A DNA stretch of 64,000 nucleotides from an uncultured Acidobacteriota bacterium. Its GTDB lineage: Bacteria > Acidobacteriota > Thermoanaerobaculia > Gp7-AA8. Below the pieces are notes generated by a model. The model saw only the letters and a list, made by a program, of their open reading frames with translations, was not told the DNA's origin and ran no database searches. The stretch covers positions 1,504,001-1,568,000 of the forward strand of contig CAWGHO010000001.1 in the NCBI GenBank assembly GCA_963822445.1, in the 5' to 3' direction. Both the position numbers and the translations under genes were made by a program. How positions within the stretch are numbered: position 1 is the stretch's first letter; each line of letters begins with the position of its first letter. This document shows positions 36,682 through 46,188 of this stretch, piece after piece.

Positions 36682-39133
36682 GCTCCCACGCGGCAACGGC
36701 GAGCCACGCTGCCAATCCGACGATCGCCGTCCACCACCAGCCGCGCGCGATGCGCCGCTGGTATACGACCTCGTGACGCCCGGCCGGGACCACGACGCCG
36801 GCGAAGAGCATGTTCATCTCGATGGCCTTCGCCTTCTTGCCATCGATGAACACGCGCAACTCGGGGGTGAGCTTTTCCGAGGACGCGAGGAAGAACGGCG
36901 CGGATGATTCGGCGATCATGCGCTGCTCATCCGGCGCGTAGCTCGTGAGCGTCACCCGCGCGTCCGTTGCGCCGACATCCGGCGGCATGACCGGATCGTC
37001 GGTGATGACGGCCTCCTGCGAATAGTCGATGTCGCGCGCGGCGATAAACTCGTCGTCGTTGAGTTTTCGCACGCGCGAGACCGGCCAGAACCGCGGAAGC
37101 TCGCCGAGGTTGCGGAAGAGACGGCCGTCGGGAAGCTCGCGGTCGAAGATCACCGGCGTCATCACCCGCCCGTAAAACATCGGCGACTCGCCGGGATTCG
37201 CGTCCTCCCCTTTCAGCGTCCAGCCCTTGATGTTGTTCGCGCGCAGGCGAAGGGTGAGCGTGTCGCCGAGACGTGCGTGCGGCCGCACCGGCACGTAAAT
37301 CTTGTTCATCACGTTCGCCTCTTTCTGCACGAACGCGCGCGACCAGAGCACGTCGGTGCCGCGGAGCAGCGTCACTTCGAGACGCCCGCGGCCTTCCTCG
37401 ATGTTGATCGGGACCTCGATCGCCCAGTACGGCTCGGCGTCGATCTTCACCGTGCGCTGCAGAACCACGCCGTGCTTCAGCGGCAGCGAGCCGGTCTCCT
37501 TCACGCCGGGAGTCGTGGCCGCGAAGATCGTCCACTTCACGATGTCGATGGCGTTGTGCTCGATGTACCAGCGGACGCCGAGCATCCCCGCCAGCGGATC
37601 GTTGAAGTTGTATTTGAGGCTGTTGAGCGAGAGCACCGTCGAGTGGCCTGCCCACGACGTCGGATCGAGGCGGTGCACGAGGCGGCGGTAATCGGCTTCG
37701 GAACCGAAATGGCTGCGGATGTCCTCGAGGCGCAGCAACTCCGCAGAATTCGGCCAGAGGTAATCGAAGAACGGCGCGACGCGAAACGGTCCGCGCTCGC
37801 GCTGCAGGAACTGGATCACCGGCGTCGCCGGCACGAGCGACTTCCCGGGCTCGAGGAACGGATGGAAGCGGCCGGCGACGAGCGCAAGATCGAACGCGAT
37901 CCAGATCGCCAGTCCGTATTGCAGCAAGCGCACGCGCCGCGGGATGAGTGCGGTTCCGGCCGCGGCGAGATAGCCGATCGCCAGCGGCAGCAGCAATCCG
38001 ACACGGGCCAGCGCCGAATACTTGAAGCCGGGAAGCGACGCGACGAGCGGCGCGATGAACGGCGCGCCGAACATGCACGCGACGATCACCATCGCGGCGC
38101 CGAGCCAGAAGAATCGCGTTCTCGCCCGGCGGTTCACGAGTCCGATCAGCGCGAGTGCGACGACGATCGCGCCGAGGTAAACCGTGGCTTCGACGTAGTT
38201 GTTGAGGACTCCCAGGCCGGCGTCGCCTGTCCAGTTTTTGTAGACGGGGTTGCCGAGGCGGTCGGGATCGAAGAACGAGGCCCAGTGTGCGGACGGGAAG
38301 ATCGCGCTGAGTGCCGTGGTCTGGCGCAGTTCGAGATAGCCGCTGCGCCTCAGCAGCTGCACGAACGGAATGAGAGACGGCAGCGCGATCAGAACGCCGA
38401 TCGCAACGGCTGCCGCGGCGCGGAGGATGTTTCGAGGCGCGAGCGACGGCGCGAGACGAAGCGCGTACGCAATCACCAGATACGCGCCGTACGCCATCGC
38501 CGCGGGAAAGCCGGCGAGCGCGTACGCGAGCGCGATCAGCGCCGCGACAGCGATCGAGAAGCGCTTTCCCTTCAGCGTCCGGCGAAGAAGCCAGAGCAGC
38601 GCGGGATAGAGCACGGTCGCGTTCGTGATCTGCCACAGCCAGCGTACGCCGTACACGCCGGCGCCGGCGATCACCAGCGCGCCGATGGCCGCGCCGCGGC
38701 GGCCGAGGCGCTCTTCACGAAGCCAGAGGTAGGCGAAGACGAACGACGCGTTCACTTTCAGAAAAACGATGCCCGTGTACACCCACGCCAGCGGCACGAG
38801 CAGGACCGGCAACAGGACGAAGGGCGAAAGCATCGCTGCCGCGGACGAGCCGAAGCCGGGGATGCCCGCGGCGACGTACGGATTCCAGTGAAAGACGCGC
38901 CAGTCGTCCTTCACCAGTGACATCAGCGTGAAGTAGGCGGTCGGCGGATCGTTGAGGAGCCGGTTCTGCACGTCCGTTCCCGCGGGCCGCGCTGAAGCCC
39001 ACGGCGAGAAGCCGTAATAAACGTCGTTCGGCGAGAGAGCCCGGCCCATGAACGCGACCGGAAAGAAGAGAACGAAGTTGTAGACGACCAGGGCGATGAG
39101 GGCCGCGCGGTGCTTCCGGAACAGTCGGACCAA
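36659..39133 (-). CDS. YfhO-family polytopic membrane protein (GT-C-like)
   Basis: WNPY..AG.P, many TMs and C-terminal N.LFAGVVVPAGRHEV. Confidence 0.85.
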   Translation of the reverse strand: MVRLFRKHRAALIALVVYNFVLFFPVAFMGRALSPNDVYYGFSPWASARPAGTDVQNRLLNDPPTAYFTLMSLVKDDWRVFHWNPYVAAGIPGFGSSAAAMLSPFVLLPVLLVPLAWVYTGIVFLKVNASFVFAYLWLREERLGRRGAAIGALVIAGAGVYGVRWLWQITNATVLYPALLWLLRRTLKGKRFSIAVAALIALAYALAGFPAAMAYGAYLVIAYALRLAPSLAPRNILRAAAAVAIGVLIALPSLIPFVQLLRRSGYLELRQTTALSAIFPSAHWASFFDPDRLGNPVYKNWTGDAGLGVLNNYVEATVYLGAIVVALALIGLVNRRARTRFFWLGAAMVIVACMFGAPFIAPLVASLPGFKYSALARVGLLLPLAIGYLAAAGTALIPRRVRLLQYGLAIWIAFDLALVAGRFHPFLEPGKSLVPATPVIQFLQRERGPFRVAPFFDYLWPNSAELLRLEDIRSHFGSEADYRRLVHRLDPTSWAGHSTVLSLNSLKYNFNDPLAGMLGVRWYIEHNAIDIVKWTIFAATTPGVKETGSLPLKHGVVLQRTVKIDAEPYWAIEVPINIEEGRGRLEVTLLRGTDVLWSRAFVQKEANVMNKIYVPVRPHARLGDTLTLRLRANNIKGWTLKGEDANPGESPMFYGRVMTPVIFDRELPDGRLFRNLGELPRFWPVSRVRKLNDDEFIAARDIDYSQEAVITDDPVMPPDVGATDARVTLTSYAPDEQRMIAESSAPFFLASSEKLTPELRVFIDGKKAKAIEMNMLFAGVVVPAGRHEVVYQRRIARGWWWTAIVGLAAWLAVAAWELISARRR

Positions 39134-39142
39134 GGCGGGTGG

Positions 39143-39152
39143 AGTTTAGACT
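39143..39152. promoter_or_regulatory. Overlapping bidirectional -10 elements (AGTTTAGACT)
   Basis: + TAGACT lies 8 nt before ATG 39161; - TAAACT lies 9 nt before TTG 39133. Confidence 0.55.
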
Positions 39153-39160
39153 GCCCGGCA

Positions 39161-40069
39161 ATGCGCAAAAAGCTCGTTGTGGCCGCGGACGTCGATCGCT
39201 CGCTTCTCGACAGGGCGCGCGCGGATGGGCGATTCGAGGTCATCGACCGGCCGGTGGCCACGGAAGAGGATCTGATCGGCGCCGCGGCCGATGCCCAGAT
39301 TCTGGTCACCCGCTCCTACAACCGGGTCACGCGGCGGGTGATCGAGAGCGCGCCGGATCTCGAGCTGATCGCCCAGGGCACGAGCGGCATCGACAACATC
39401 GACGCCGTTGCCGCCCGCGAACGCGGTGTCGCCATCGTGAACATGCCCGGCGAGAACGCGAACGCCGTGGCCGAGCTGGTGATCGGATTCATCATCGCCA
39501 TGACCCGCACCGTTCCGTTCTACACGCGCTCGATGCAGCGCGGCGAGTGGCTCCGCGAGGACTGCGCCACGCGCCACGAAATGCGCCACCACCGCCTCGG
39601 CATCATCGGCCTGGGCCAGGTCGGCTCGCGCGTCGCGCGGCTGGCCCGCGCGTTCGGCATGGAGCCGCGGGCGTACGACCCGTACGTCTCCGAAGCAGCC
39701 GTCGCGTCGCTCGATGAACTGCTGACGACCTCGGACATCGTGACGCTGCACGTTCCGTTGACCGAAGAGACGCGGGGAATGATCGGCGCCAGTCAGATCG
39801 CGTCGATGCCGCGCGGCTCATTCCTGATCAACGCCGCCCGCGGCGAAGTGCTCGATCAACGCGCGGCGCTGGAGGCCCTGGCGAACGATCACCTGGCCGG
39901 CCTCGCCCTCGATGTCTTCGATCCCGAGCCGCCCGTTGGCGGGTTTCCGGATGATCCGCGGTTGATTCTCACGCCGCACGTCGGCGGGTGCTCGCACGAG
40001 TGCAAGACGGCGATCGGGGCGAGGTTGTACGAGAAGATCGTGGGGTTCATGAGTTTATCCCGCGCGTAG
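39161..40069 (+). CDS. D-isomer-specific 2-hydroxyacid dehydrogenase (SerA-like)
   Basis: GIDNID, NANAVAE, GLGQVG, LHVPLT, INAARG, DVFDPEP and TPHVGG. Confidence 0.92.
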   Translation: MRKKLVVAADVDRSLLDRARADGRFEVIDRPVATEEDLIGAAADAQILVTRSYNRVTRRVIESAPDLELIAQGTSGIDNIDAVAARERGVAIVNMPGENANAVAELVIGFIIAMTRTVPFYTRSMQRGEWLREDCATRHEMRHHRLGIIGLGQVGSRVARLARAFGMEPRAYDPYVSEAAVASLDELLTTSDIVTLHVPLTEETRGMIGASQIASMPRGSFLINAARGEVLDQRAALEALANDHLAGLALDVFDPEPPVGGFPDDPRLILTPHVGGCSHECKTAIGARLYEKIVGFMSLSRA

Positions 40070-40164
40070 ACGCGGGATCTCACCGTGCACTGCGACTGTG
40101 CTGCCGACAGGCGCGATCCCCGCAGTATTACCGGGAGATCCCGCGTCTTCGCGCGGGATAAACT
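40052..40164. repeat. REP doublet (30-bp IR) overlapping the 3' ends of two convergent genes
   Basis: AGTTTATCCCGCGCGTAGACGCGGGATCTC and GAGATCCCGCGTCTTCGCGCGGGATAAACT (1 mismatch); each arm is itself palindromic. Confidence 0.82.
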
Positions 40165-41399
40165 TCTTCACCATCCCGAAACACCGCGCTCACCAGATTC
40201 ACCCCGAAGTGATAAACGAGGTGCAAATAGCTTGGCGCGTCGATCACCACGAAATCCGCGCATTTGCCCGTTTCAATCGAGCCGGTCTCGGATGAAAGCC
40301 GCAATGAATACGCGCCGTTCAGCGTGGCGGCGGTCAGCGATTCCTCGACGGTCATCTTCATCTGCAGCGTCGCCAGTTGCATGACCATCTGCATCGACTC
40401 GGTCATCGACGTGCCGGGATTGCAGTCCGTGGAGAGCGAGACGATCGCCCCCTTTTCGATGAGCTTCCGCGCCGGCGCGTACTGCGGCGACATGAGAAAG
40501 AACGACGTGGCCGGAAGCAAGTTCGCGACGGTATCCGAAGCGGCGAGTGCGTCGATTCCCGCGTCGGAGATTTGCATGAGGTGATCGGCCGACGCGGCGC
40601 CGACGATCGCCGCGAGCCTCGCGCCGTCCGTATCCGAAAGCTCGTCCGCGTGCAGCCGCGGAATCATCCCCAGCTCCGCCCCCGCTCGCAGAACGGTTTC
40701 GCCCTGATCGCGCGTGAAGACGCCGCGCTCGACGAAGGCATCGCAGAAAACGGCCAGCTTCTCCTCCGCGACGGCCGGCAGGATTTCGTCGAGGATCGTG
40801 GAGATGTAGCCCTCGCGGGCGGATTCGCTGCCTCGCGATTCGGGCGGAAATTCATGCGCGGCGAGACAGGTCGGCACCAGCCGCACGGGCGAAGTCTCGT
40901 TCGCGCGGCGGATGGCGCGGAGCTGTTTGAGCTCGGCCTCGACCGTCAATCCGTAGCCGCTTTTCGCTTCGGCGGTGGTCGTTCCGTAGCGCGCCATCGT
41001 CGTCGCGCGCTGCAGCACGTTCGCCGCGAGCTCGTCCTCGCTGGCCTGGCGCGTCGCGTGAACGGTCGACGCGATCCCGCCGCCCGACGCGGCGATCTCT
41101 TCGTAACTCTCGCCGCTCAGCCGGCGATTGAACTCCGACTCGCGCAATCCCGCGAACGGGATGTGCGTGTGCGAATCGATGAATCCCGGGACCGCCGCGC
41201 CACCGCGCGCGTCGAAGTCGTCGTCGATTTTCAGCTCCGCGGGGATGTCGCTCTCGCGCCCGACGAACGCGAACCGTCCGTCTTTCACCACGATGATCGA
41301 TTTCTCGTGGATCACCAGCCGGCGCATGGCCGCGCCGCGAACCGCACCGCGGCCCGCAGGCGTGGCGATCTGCGAGAGGTTGCGAACGAGAAGGGTCAC
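40128..41399 (-). CDS. hutI: Imidazolonepropionase
   Basis: PGFIDSHTH, GGGIASTV, EAKSGYGL, HADEL, SADHL and STDCNPG. Confidence 0.95.
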   Translation of the reverse strand: MTLLVRNLSQIATPAGRGAVRGAAMRRLVIHEKSIIVVKDGRFAFVGRESDIPAELKIDDDFDARGGAAVPGFIDSHTHIPFAGLRESEFNRRLSGESYEEIAASGGGIASTVHATRQASEDELAANVLQRATTMARYGTTTAEAKSGYGLTVEAELKQLRAIRRANETSPVRLVPTCLAAHEFPPESRGSESAREGYISTILDEILPAVAEEKLAVFCDAFVERGVFTRDQGETVLRAGAELGMIPRLHADELSDTDGARLAAIVGAASADHLMQISDAGIDALAASDTVANLLPATSFFLMSPQYAPARKLIEKGAIVSLSTDCNPGTSMTESMQMVMQLATLQMKMTVEESLTAATLNGAYSLRLSSETGSIETGKCADFVVIDAPSYLHLVYHFGVNLVSAVFRDGEEVYPARRRGISR

Positions 41400-41900
41400 G
41401 GCTGCTGGCGCTGACGGAAGAGACTCGTCAGCGGCTGATCGTTGGCCTCTTCCTCGGCATCGAGCACGATCAACTGCTGAATCATGTCGAGCGTTCCCTG
41501 CAGCTTGTTGCGCGCGGCGCGGCGCTCCAGCTTGAGATCGCCGATGGACTTCTCCAGATCGCCGACGCGCTGCAAGGCCTGTCCGACGAGCCGCTCCGAG
41601 AGCAGCTCCGCGTCCTTCACGATCAGCTCCGCTTCCTTGCGCGCGTTGCCGATCAGATCCTCGGCCACCTTCTGCGCGGAAAGCAGCGTGTCCTTGAGAA
41701 TGCGCTCGCGGTTGGAGTGGTCTTCGAGATCCTCGCGGAGCATGGCGTTCTCGCGCGAGGTGCGATCGACATCGCGCAGCAGCCGCTCGATCTCTTCGGC
41801 CACGAGGTGCAGGTATGCACGCACCTCATCCGGGTTGATACCCCTTGATTGCCCGCGAGAACGTCTGCTTCTGAATCTCGAGCGGTGTGAGGTTCTGCAT
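41396..41900 (-). CDS. divIVA: DivIVA domain protein (frameshift near 41836)
   Basis: MQNLTPLEIQKQTFSRAIKGY joins NPDEVRAYL; coiled coil with ARKEAELIVKDAE. Confidence 0.85.
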
Positions 41901-41933
41901 GTGGTCCCCTCCCGGCACTCCCAGTTCGTAAAG

Positions 41934-42267
41934 CTACGGGACAGTATAGATCCGGACCATGACCGCCCGCAGGATCTCCCGCAAAAGCCAGATCAGGAGC
42001 ACCAGCACCATCGGCGACCAGTCGATGCCCGCCGTATCGAACCGGCGCAGCCAGCGGCGGATGGGGCGCAGGAACGGCCGGGTCATCCGCTCGAACAGGT
42101 CGTTGAGCATCTCCAGCGTTCCGTAGAACTGCTTGTGCCGCCAGCGGAACTTCGAGTTCCGCATGAAGAAGAGAATCCAGGAGAGGATCACCCAGATGAA
42201 GATCGTCCACGGAGAGGATGCTCAGGATCAGGTCGACGGCCCGGAAGACGATCAGGAGGAAGTCCAT
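41934..42267 (-). CDS. yggT: YggT family membrane protein (frameshift near 42211)
   Basis: ILSW...TRPFLRPIRR...GIDWSP. Confidence 0.85.
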
Positions 42268-42938
42268 CAGCCGCGGCTCCCGAAGATCGCCCGGCCCACG
42301 CGGATGATCGTCGCGCCTTCCTCGATCGCCACTTCGAAATCGTCGGTCATGCCCATCGACAGGTGTTCCAGCCCGAGATCATCGCGCATCGTCCGCAGCT
42401 CGCGAAAGTAAGGCCGCATTTCCTCGGCCTCGCCGAGCGGGGGAATGGTCATCAACCCGCGCAGATTCAGCGACGGCAGCTCGCGAATGGCGCTTGCGAT
42501 TTCTGTAGCCTCGCGCAATCCGGCGCCGCTTTTCTGGTCTTCCCCGCCGACGTTCACCTGCAGCATGACGTCCTGCAGTTTCCCCGCTTCCGAGGCGATC
42601 CGGGCGATACGCGACGCGAGGTCGATGGAGTCGACGGTTTGAATGACGTCGAACAGCCGCACTGCGTCCTTCGCTTTGTTCGACTGCAGATGTCCGATGA
42701 GGTGCCAGCGCGCTTCGCCGCTCACCGCGGGCTTCTTGTCGCGCGCTTCCTGCACCTTGTTCTCGCCGACATTGGTGATGCCCGCGGCCAGCGCGTGCTC
42801 GACGTCGGTTGCTGGAAAGGTCTTCGTCACCGCAATCAGCGTCACCGCCTCGCGAGTCCGACCGGCGCGCGTGCAGGCCGCGGCGATGCGAGCCTCGACC
42901 GCGGCGACATTCGCGCGGATCTCGTCAGCTCGCGACAC
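42267..42938 (-). CDS. yggS: PLP homeostasis protein
   Basis: LIAVTK, GENKVQE, WHLIGHLQSNK, GLMTIP, LSMGMTDDF and RVGRAIFG. Confidence 0.95.
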   Translation of the reverse strand: MSRADEIRANVAAVEARIAAACTRAGRTREAVTLIAVTKTFPATDVEHALAAGITNVGENKVQEARDKKPAVSGEARWHLIGHLQSNKAKDAVRLFDVIQTVDSIDLASRIARIASEAGKLQDVMLQVNVGGEDQKSGAGLREATEIASAIRELPSLNLRGLMTIPPLGEAEEMRPYFRELRTMRDDLGLEHLSMGMTDDFEVAIEEGATIIRVGRAIFGSRG

Positions 42939-43356
42939 GCTTGCGCTCCACGAGACGGCCGTCCGCGCGATCGACGGCGAGATTCGCCAGGCGATCCGCG
43001 TCTTTGTTGCCCGCGCGGAGGGTGTGGCGAATGGAGAAGCGGGCGAACTTCCGCACCAGCGCCTTCGCCTTCGCGTGCATCGGAACGAGATTCGGATGCT
43101 TGACGCGGTAGATGCCGAGCATCTGTTTCACGAGCAGCTCGGAATCCGAAACGATCTCGACCTCGCGAGCCCCCTCGGCATCCGCGACTTCCAGAGCTTC
43201 GAGCAGTCCCGCGTATTCGGCGACGTTGTTCGTCGTGCGGCCGAGGTAGCCGCAGACTTCGATGATCTCGCCGGTGTCGGTGGTGATGTAAACGCCGTAG
43301 CCGGCCGGGCCGGGGTTGCCCCGCGCCGCGCCGTCGATGAATGCGATGAGCTTCAG
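42925..43356 (-). CDS. rnhA: Ribonuclease HI family protein with non-canonical CTG start
   Basis: Hand translation LKLIAFIDGAARGNPGPAGYG...TNNVAEY...SDSELLVKQM...NKDADRLAN; the ORF track captured only the last 68 aa. Confidence 0.88.
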   Translation of the reverse strand: MKLIAFIDGAARGNPGPAGYGVYITTDTGEIIEVCGYLGRTTNNVAEYAGLLEALEVADAEGAREVEIVSDSELLVKQMLGIYRVKHPNLVPMHAKAKALVRKFARFSIRHTLRAGNKDADRLANLAVDRADGRLVERKRVAS

Positions 43357-44057
43357 GATGTCGGCCCCACGTAGAGGATGCGGTGGCAGCCTTCGCAGTG
43401 AATGAGCTCACCGCGCTTGAGCTGCTGCGCGACCATCGCCCGCACGTGTGTGCGGCAGGTCGAGCAAGTGTTGTTCACGACCGGCGAGACGGCGACGCCC
43501 TGTCGCTGTCTGAAGATCTTCTGGAATTCGTTCTTCAGCCGTGGAGACAGCGTGGCCTCGAGCGCCTCGGCCTTCTTGCGAAGCGCATCCGCTTCCTTGC
43601 GCAGATCGCCGAGTGAGTGCTGCCAATCGCCATGGGCGGTGTCGTAGCGCGACTGGAGCTCGTCGTGACCGCCCTGACGCTCGTCGAGTTGCGACTGCAG
43701 CCCGTCCGCCTCGGTCATGTTCTTGAGCACCGATTCCTCGAGCTCCTTCACATGCTTGCGGGTGGCGTCGATCTCCTTCCACGCCGCGGCGTACTGCTGC
43801 TGATTCTTCACCTGCATCAGCTGCCCTTGATACTTCTTGAGCAGCTCCTGCTGGTCGGAGAGCTCGCCGTCGACCCGGCGGCGTTCCTTGCCGAGAACCT
43901 CGAGCTGTTGCTGCAGGCGCGTCATTTCCTCGTTCGCGCTCTGGTATTCACGATCGATGACCGCGAACGACTCCGGCTTCACCGACATCTGTTTCTCGCG
44001 CTCGTTCAGCGCGGTGTAGATCGTCTGCAGCTCCCACAATTTGTCGACTTCGCTCAA
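43353..44057 (-). CDS. C4-type zinc-ribbon coiled-coil protein (DUF164/CT398-like)
   Basis: Long coiled coil then CSTC...CEGCHRILY; RBS GGAGGAG before TTG 44057. Confidence 0.88.
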   Translation of the reverse strand: MSEVDKLWELQTIYTALNEREKQMSVKPESFAVIDREYQSANEEMTRLQQQLEVLGKERRRVDGELSDQQELLKKYQGQLMQVKNQQQYAAAWKEIDATRKHVKELEESVLKNMTEADGLQSQLDERQGGHDELQSRYDTAHGDWQHSLGDLRKEADALRKKAEALEATLSPRLKNEFQKIFRQRQGVAVSPVVNNTCSTCRTHVRAMVAQQLKRGELIHCEGCHRILYVGPTS

Positions 44058-44073
44058 CGACTCCTCCAGAAAC

Positions 44074-44102
44074 AAAAAAGGCGTTCCATGGTCGGAACGC
44101 CT
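44074..44102 (-). terminator. Intrinsic terminator downstream of tRNA
   Basis: The minus strand reads AGGCGTTCC-GACCAT-GGAACGCCT followed by a T-run. Confidence 0.75.
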
Positions 44103-44183
44103 CGGTGCGGAATATCTCCGGCACGCATCAGACAGGGATCAATATTCAATAGGACTCTCGACATAGCTCTCGACGTGGCGCGC

Positions 44184-44259
44184 TGGTGGGTCCACCAGGA
44201 TTCGAACCTGGGACCTGCCGGTTATGAGCCGGTAGCTCTAACCGCTGAGCTATGGACCC
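44184..44259 (-). tRNA. tRNA with CAT anticodon, most likely tRNA-Ile2 (lysidine-modified)
   Basis: GGGTCCATAGCTCAGCGGTTAGAGCTACCGGCTCATAACCGGCAGGTCCCAGGTTCGAATCCTGGTGGACCCACCA; 76 nt, encoded CCA, paired G1-C72 (not an initiator). Confidence 0.93.
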
Positions 44260-44271
44260 GGACGGGCGATT

Positions 44272-45473
44272 CTAGCGCAGCTCGACCTGATCGCCCACGA
44301 CCATCTCACGCTTGGCCGTGAGAACGATGGCCGTTGCCGTCCGGGCTTCCGTCGTGAGCACGCCGATCTGCCCGAGAACGACGCGGGGCTGGTCGGAACG
44401 CGAGCTCGGACGGAACACCGTCAGGAAATCGCCCGGCGCGATCTGGTTGTCGCGGCCGAGGTCGATCTGCACGAGGTTGCCCTCGACGACGCCGAGGTCC
44501 CAGCCGCGGGAGTCGACGATGTAGCCCGACGTGCGGCCGCTCGGAGGATCGCACCACTCCGGGAGGTTCGGAACGCGCGCGATGGGAATGGGAAGCTGGG
44601 GAACGGGCTTGAGCCGCGCACCGATCGGAATCTCGGTGCAGGCCTGGGTGATGATGGCGCGGGAGCGGTCGCCCTCGATGCAGAGGATGCGGATCTGGCC
44701 GATGTAGTCGTACTGGCGGCCGAGGACCTGGTCCGTGTCCGGATGGCGGACGATCTCGGCGGGCAGGACGGTGAGATACGTCTCGCCGGCGACGAGGCCC
44801 GTGCTCGCGCCGCCTGCGACGTACACGAGATCGCCGACAGTCGCATCGGACGGCAGCTCGGGATCGATCGCGCGCGGAACGTACTTGAGCTCGACGTCCT
44901 CGGCGGACTGGATGTAGTTCGGCATCGGCTCGTTCGGGATCGCCGATGTAGCCGTAGCAGTAGATGTCGGATTCAGTCCCGAGGGGAATCGGGGCGGATT
45001 CGCGCTGAACGCGGGCGACCGTGATTCCGCCATCGGATGTTGCCGTGAAGGGATTCTCTCCTTCGGTGCCGGGCTGGCCGGTTCGCGAGAAGCGGGGTGA
45101 CCGCCGGGAGGGCGCCTTCCCCTTCATTGGTGGTCGCGGCAGCGGTGGTCGTTCCTTCGCCTTCGACGAGGAGGACGTCGCCCGGGTAGATCCAGTGGGC
45201 GTCGGTGATCCAGGTGTTGGATTCCCAGAGCTGCGGCCAGAGATAGCGGTTGCCGTAGTACCGCGTGGCGAGGCCCCAGAGCGTGTCGCCGGCGGCGATG
45301 GTGTGGGTCTTCGCGCCGGCCGGATACGTGGCGGGATCAGGAGGGTTGTACGCGGTCCAGTGATCGCCGACGCGATGAAGATCGCGCGGAGGCCGCGACG
45401 ACTGCTGCTGCGCCATCGCCGACATCGCGACGACGAGCACGAGAAAGGGAGCCACCCTACGCACACTGACCAT
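44272..45473 (-). CDS. Exported LysM peptidoglycan-binding protein (TsaP-like; frameshifted)
   Basis: Signal peptide; HTIAAGDTLWGLA..YYG...LWPQLW..N...DAHWIYPGD; C-terminal beta domain in other frames. Confidence 0.8.
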
Positions 45474-45517
45474 TGTCCCCTCCCAGGTCATGTTCCCAGT
45501 TGAATCAGGTCAATAAG

Positions 45518-46177
45518 TTAGCCGAAGGTGGGGTTGGCGTCAAACGGGGGGCGGGCGGCGATGTAGATCATGGACAGCGGTTTGGCCGTTTCCGGGTGCA
45601 ACGGCTCGCGGGTTTCGACGACCTCGTAACCGGCCTTCTGGAAGGTGGCCGCCCAGGACTCGCGGGTGCGAAAGTACCAGGGCATCGGCTCCCGGAACGG
45701 CCCGTCGAAGGCCGCGAACGTCTCTACTTGCCACCCGTCCTGCTCCGCGAACGAGGGGTGCGCGGTCTGCACGATGACAGTGCGCGCGGGGATGCTGGCC
45801 AGCAACTCCTGGAGATCCTCCTCGAACAACGAGAAGTTCGCCACGGCCACGTCGAACGTGCGATTCAGCGACGCCAGCTCGCGATAGGGCATCGCATGAA
45901 ACTCACCGCCGCCGAGCTCCTTCGCCGCTTCGATGAGGGCCGGGGAACCGTCGATGCCGGTCACGTCCACGCCAGGAAGCGCCCGCGCGAGCCATCCTTC
46001 GCCGCATCCGAGGTCGAGGACGGTCTTCGGCTGCTGATCGAGGATCGCGCGGACGATCGCGGCGTCGGTGGCGACGCGGCGGCTTTCGATGCGGCGGTCG
46101 CGAACCGCGGACGTCCAGGCGTCCGCGTTCGCGATCCAGCTTCGGGAAATCTCATCGTTCTTCTCAGCAGGGCGCAT
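45518..46177 (-). CDS. Class I SAM-dependent methyltransferase
   Basis: VLDLGCGEGW, GIDGS and MPWYFRT. Confidence 0.88.
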   Translation of the reverse strand: MRPAEKNDEISRSWIANADAWTSAVRDRRIESRRVATDAAIVRAILDQQPKTVLDLGCGEGWLARALPGVDVTGIDGSPALIEAAKELGGGEFHAMPYRELASLNRTFDVAVANFSLFEEDLQELLASIPARTVIVQTAHPSFAEQDGWQVETFAAFDGPFREPMPWYFRTRESWAATFQKAGYEVVETREPLHPETAKPLSMIYIAARPPFDANPTFG

Positions 46178-46188
46178 GCGGCGCGAAT

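Noticed and set aside
44184-44259. Initiator tRNA-fMet
   Set aside because: It has a G1-C72 pair and lacks three consecutive G-C pairs at the base of the anticodon stem. Ile2 is favoured, though elongator Met is not fully excluded.
44100-44272. Integrative element at the tRNA
   Set aside because: I saw no integrase and no duplicated tRNA 3' end; the flanks are core genes.
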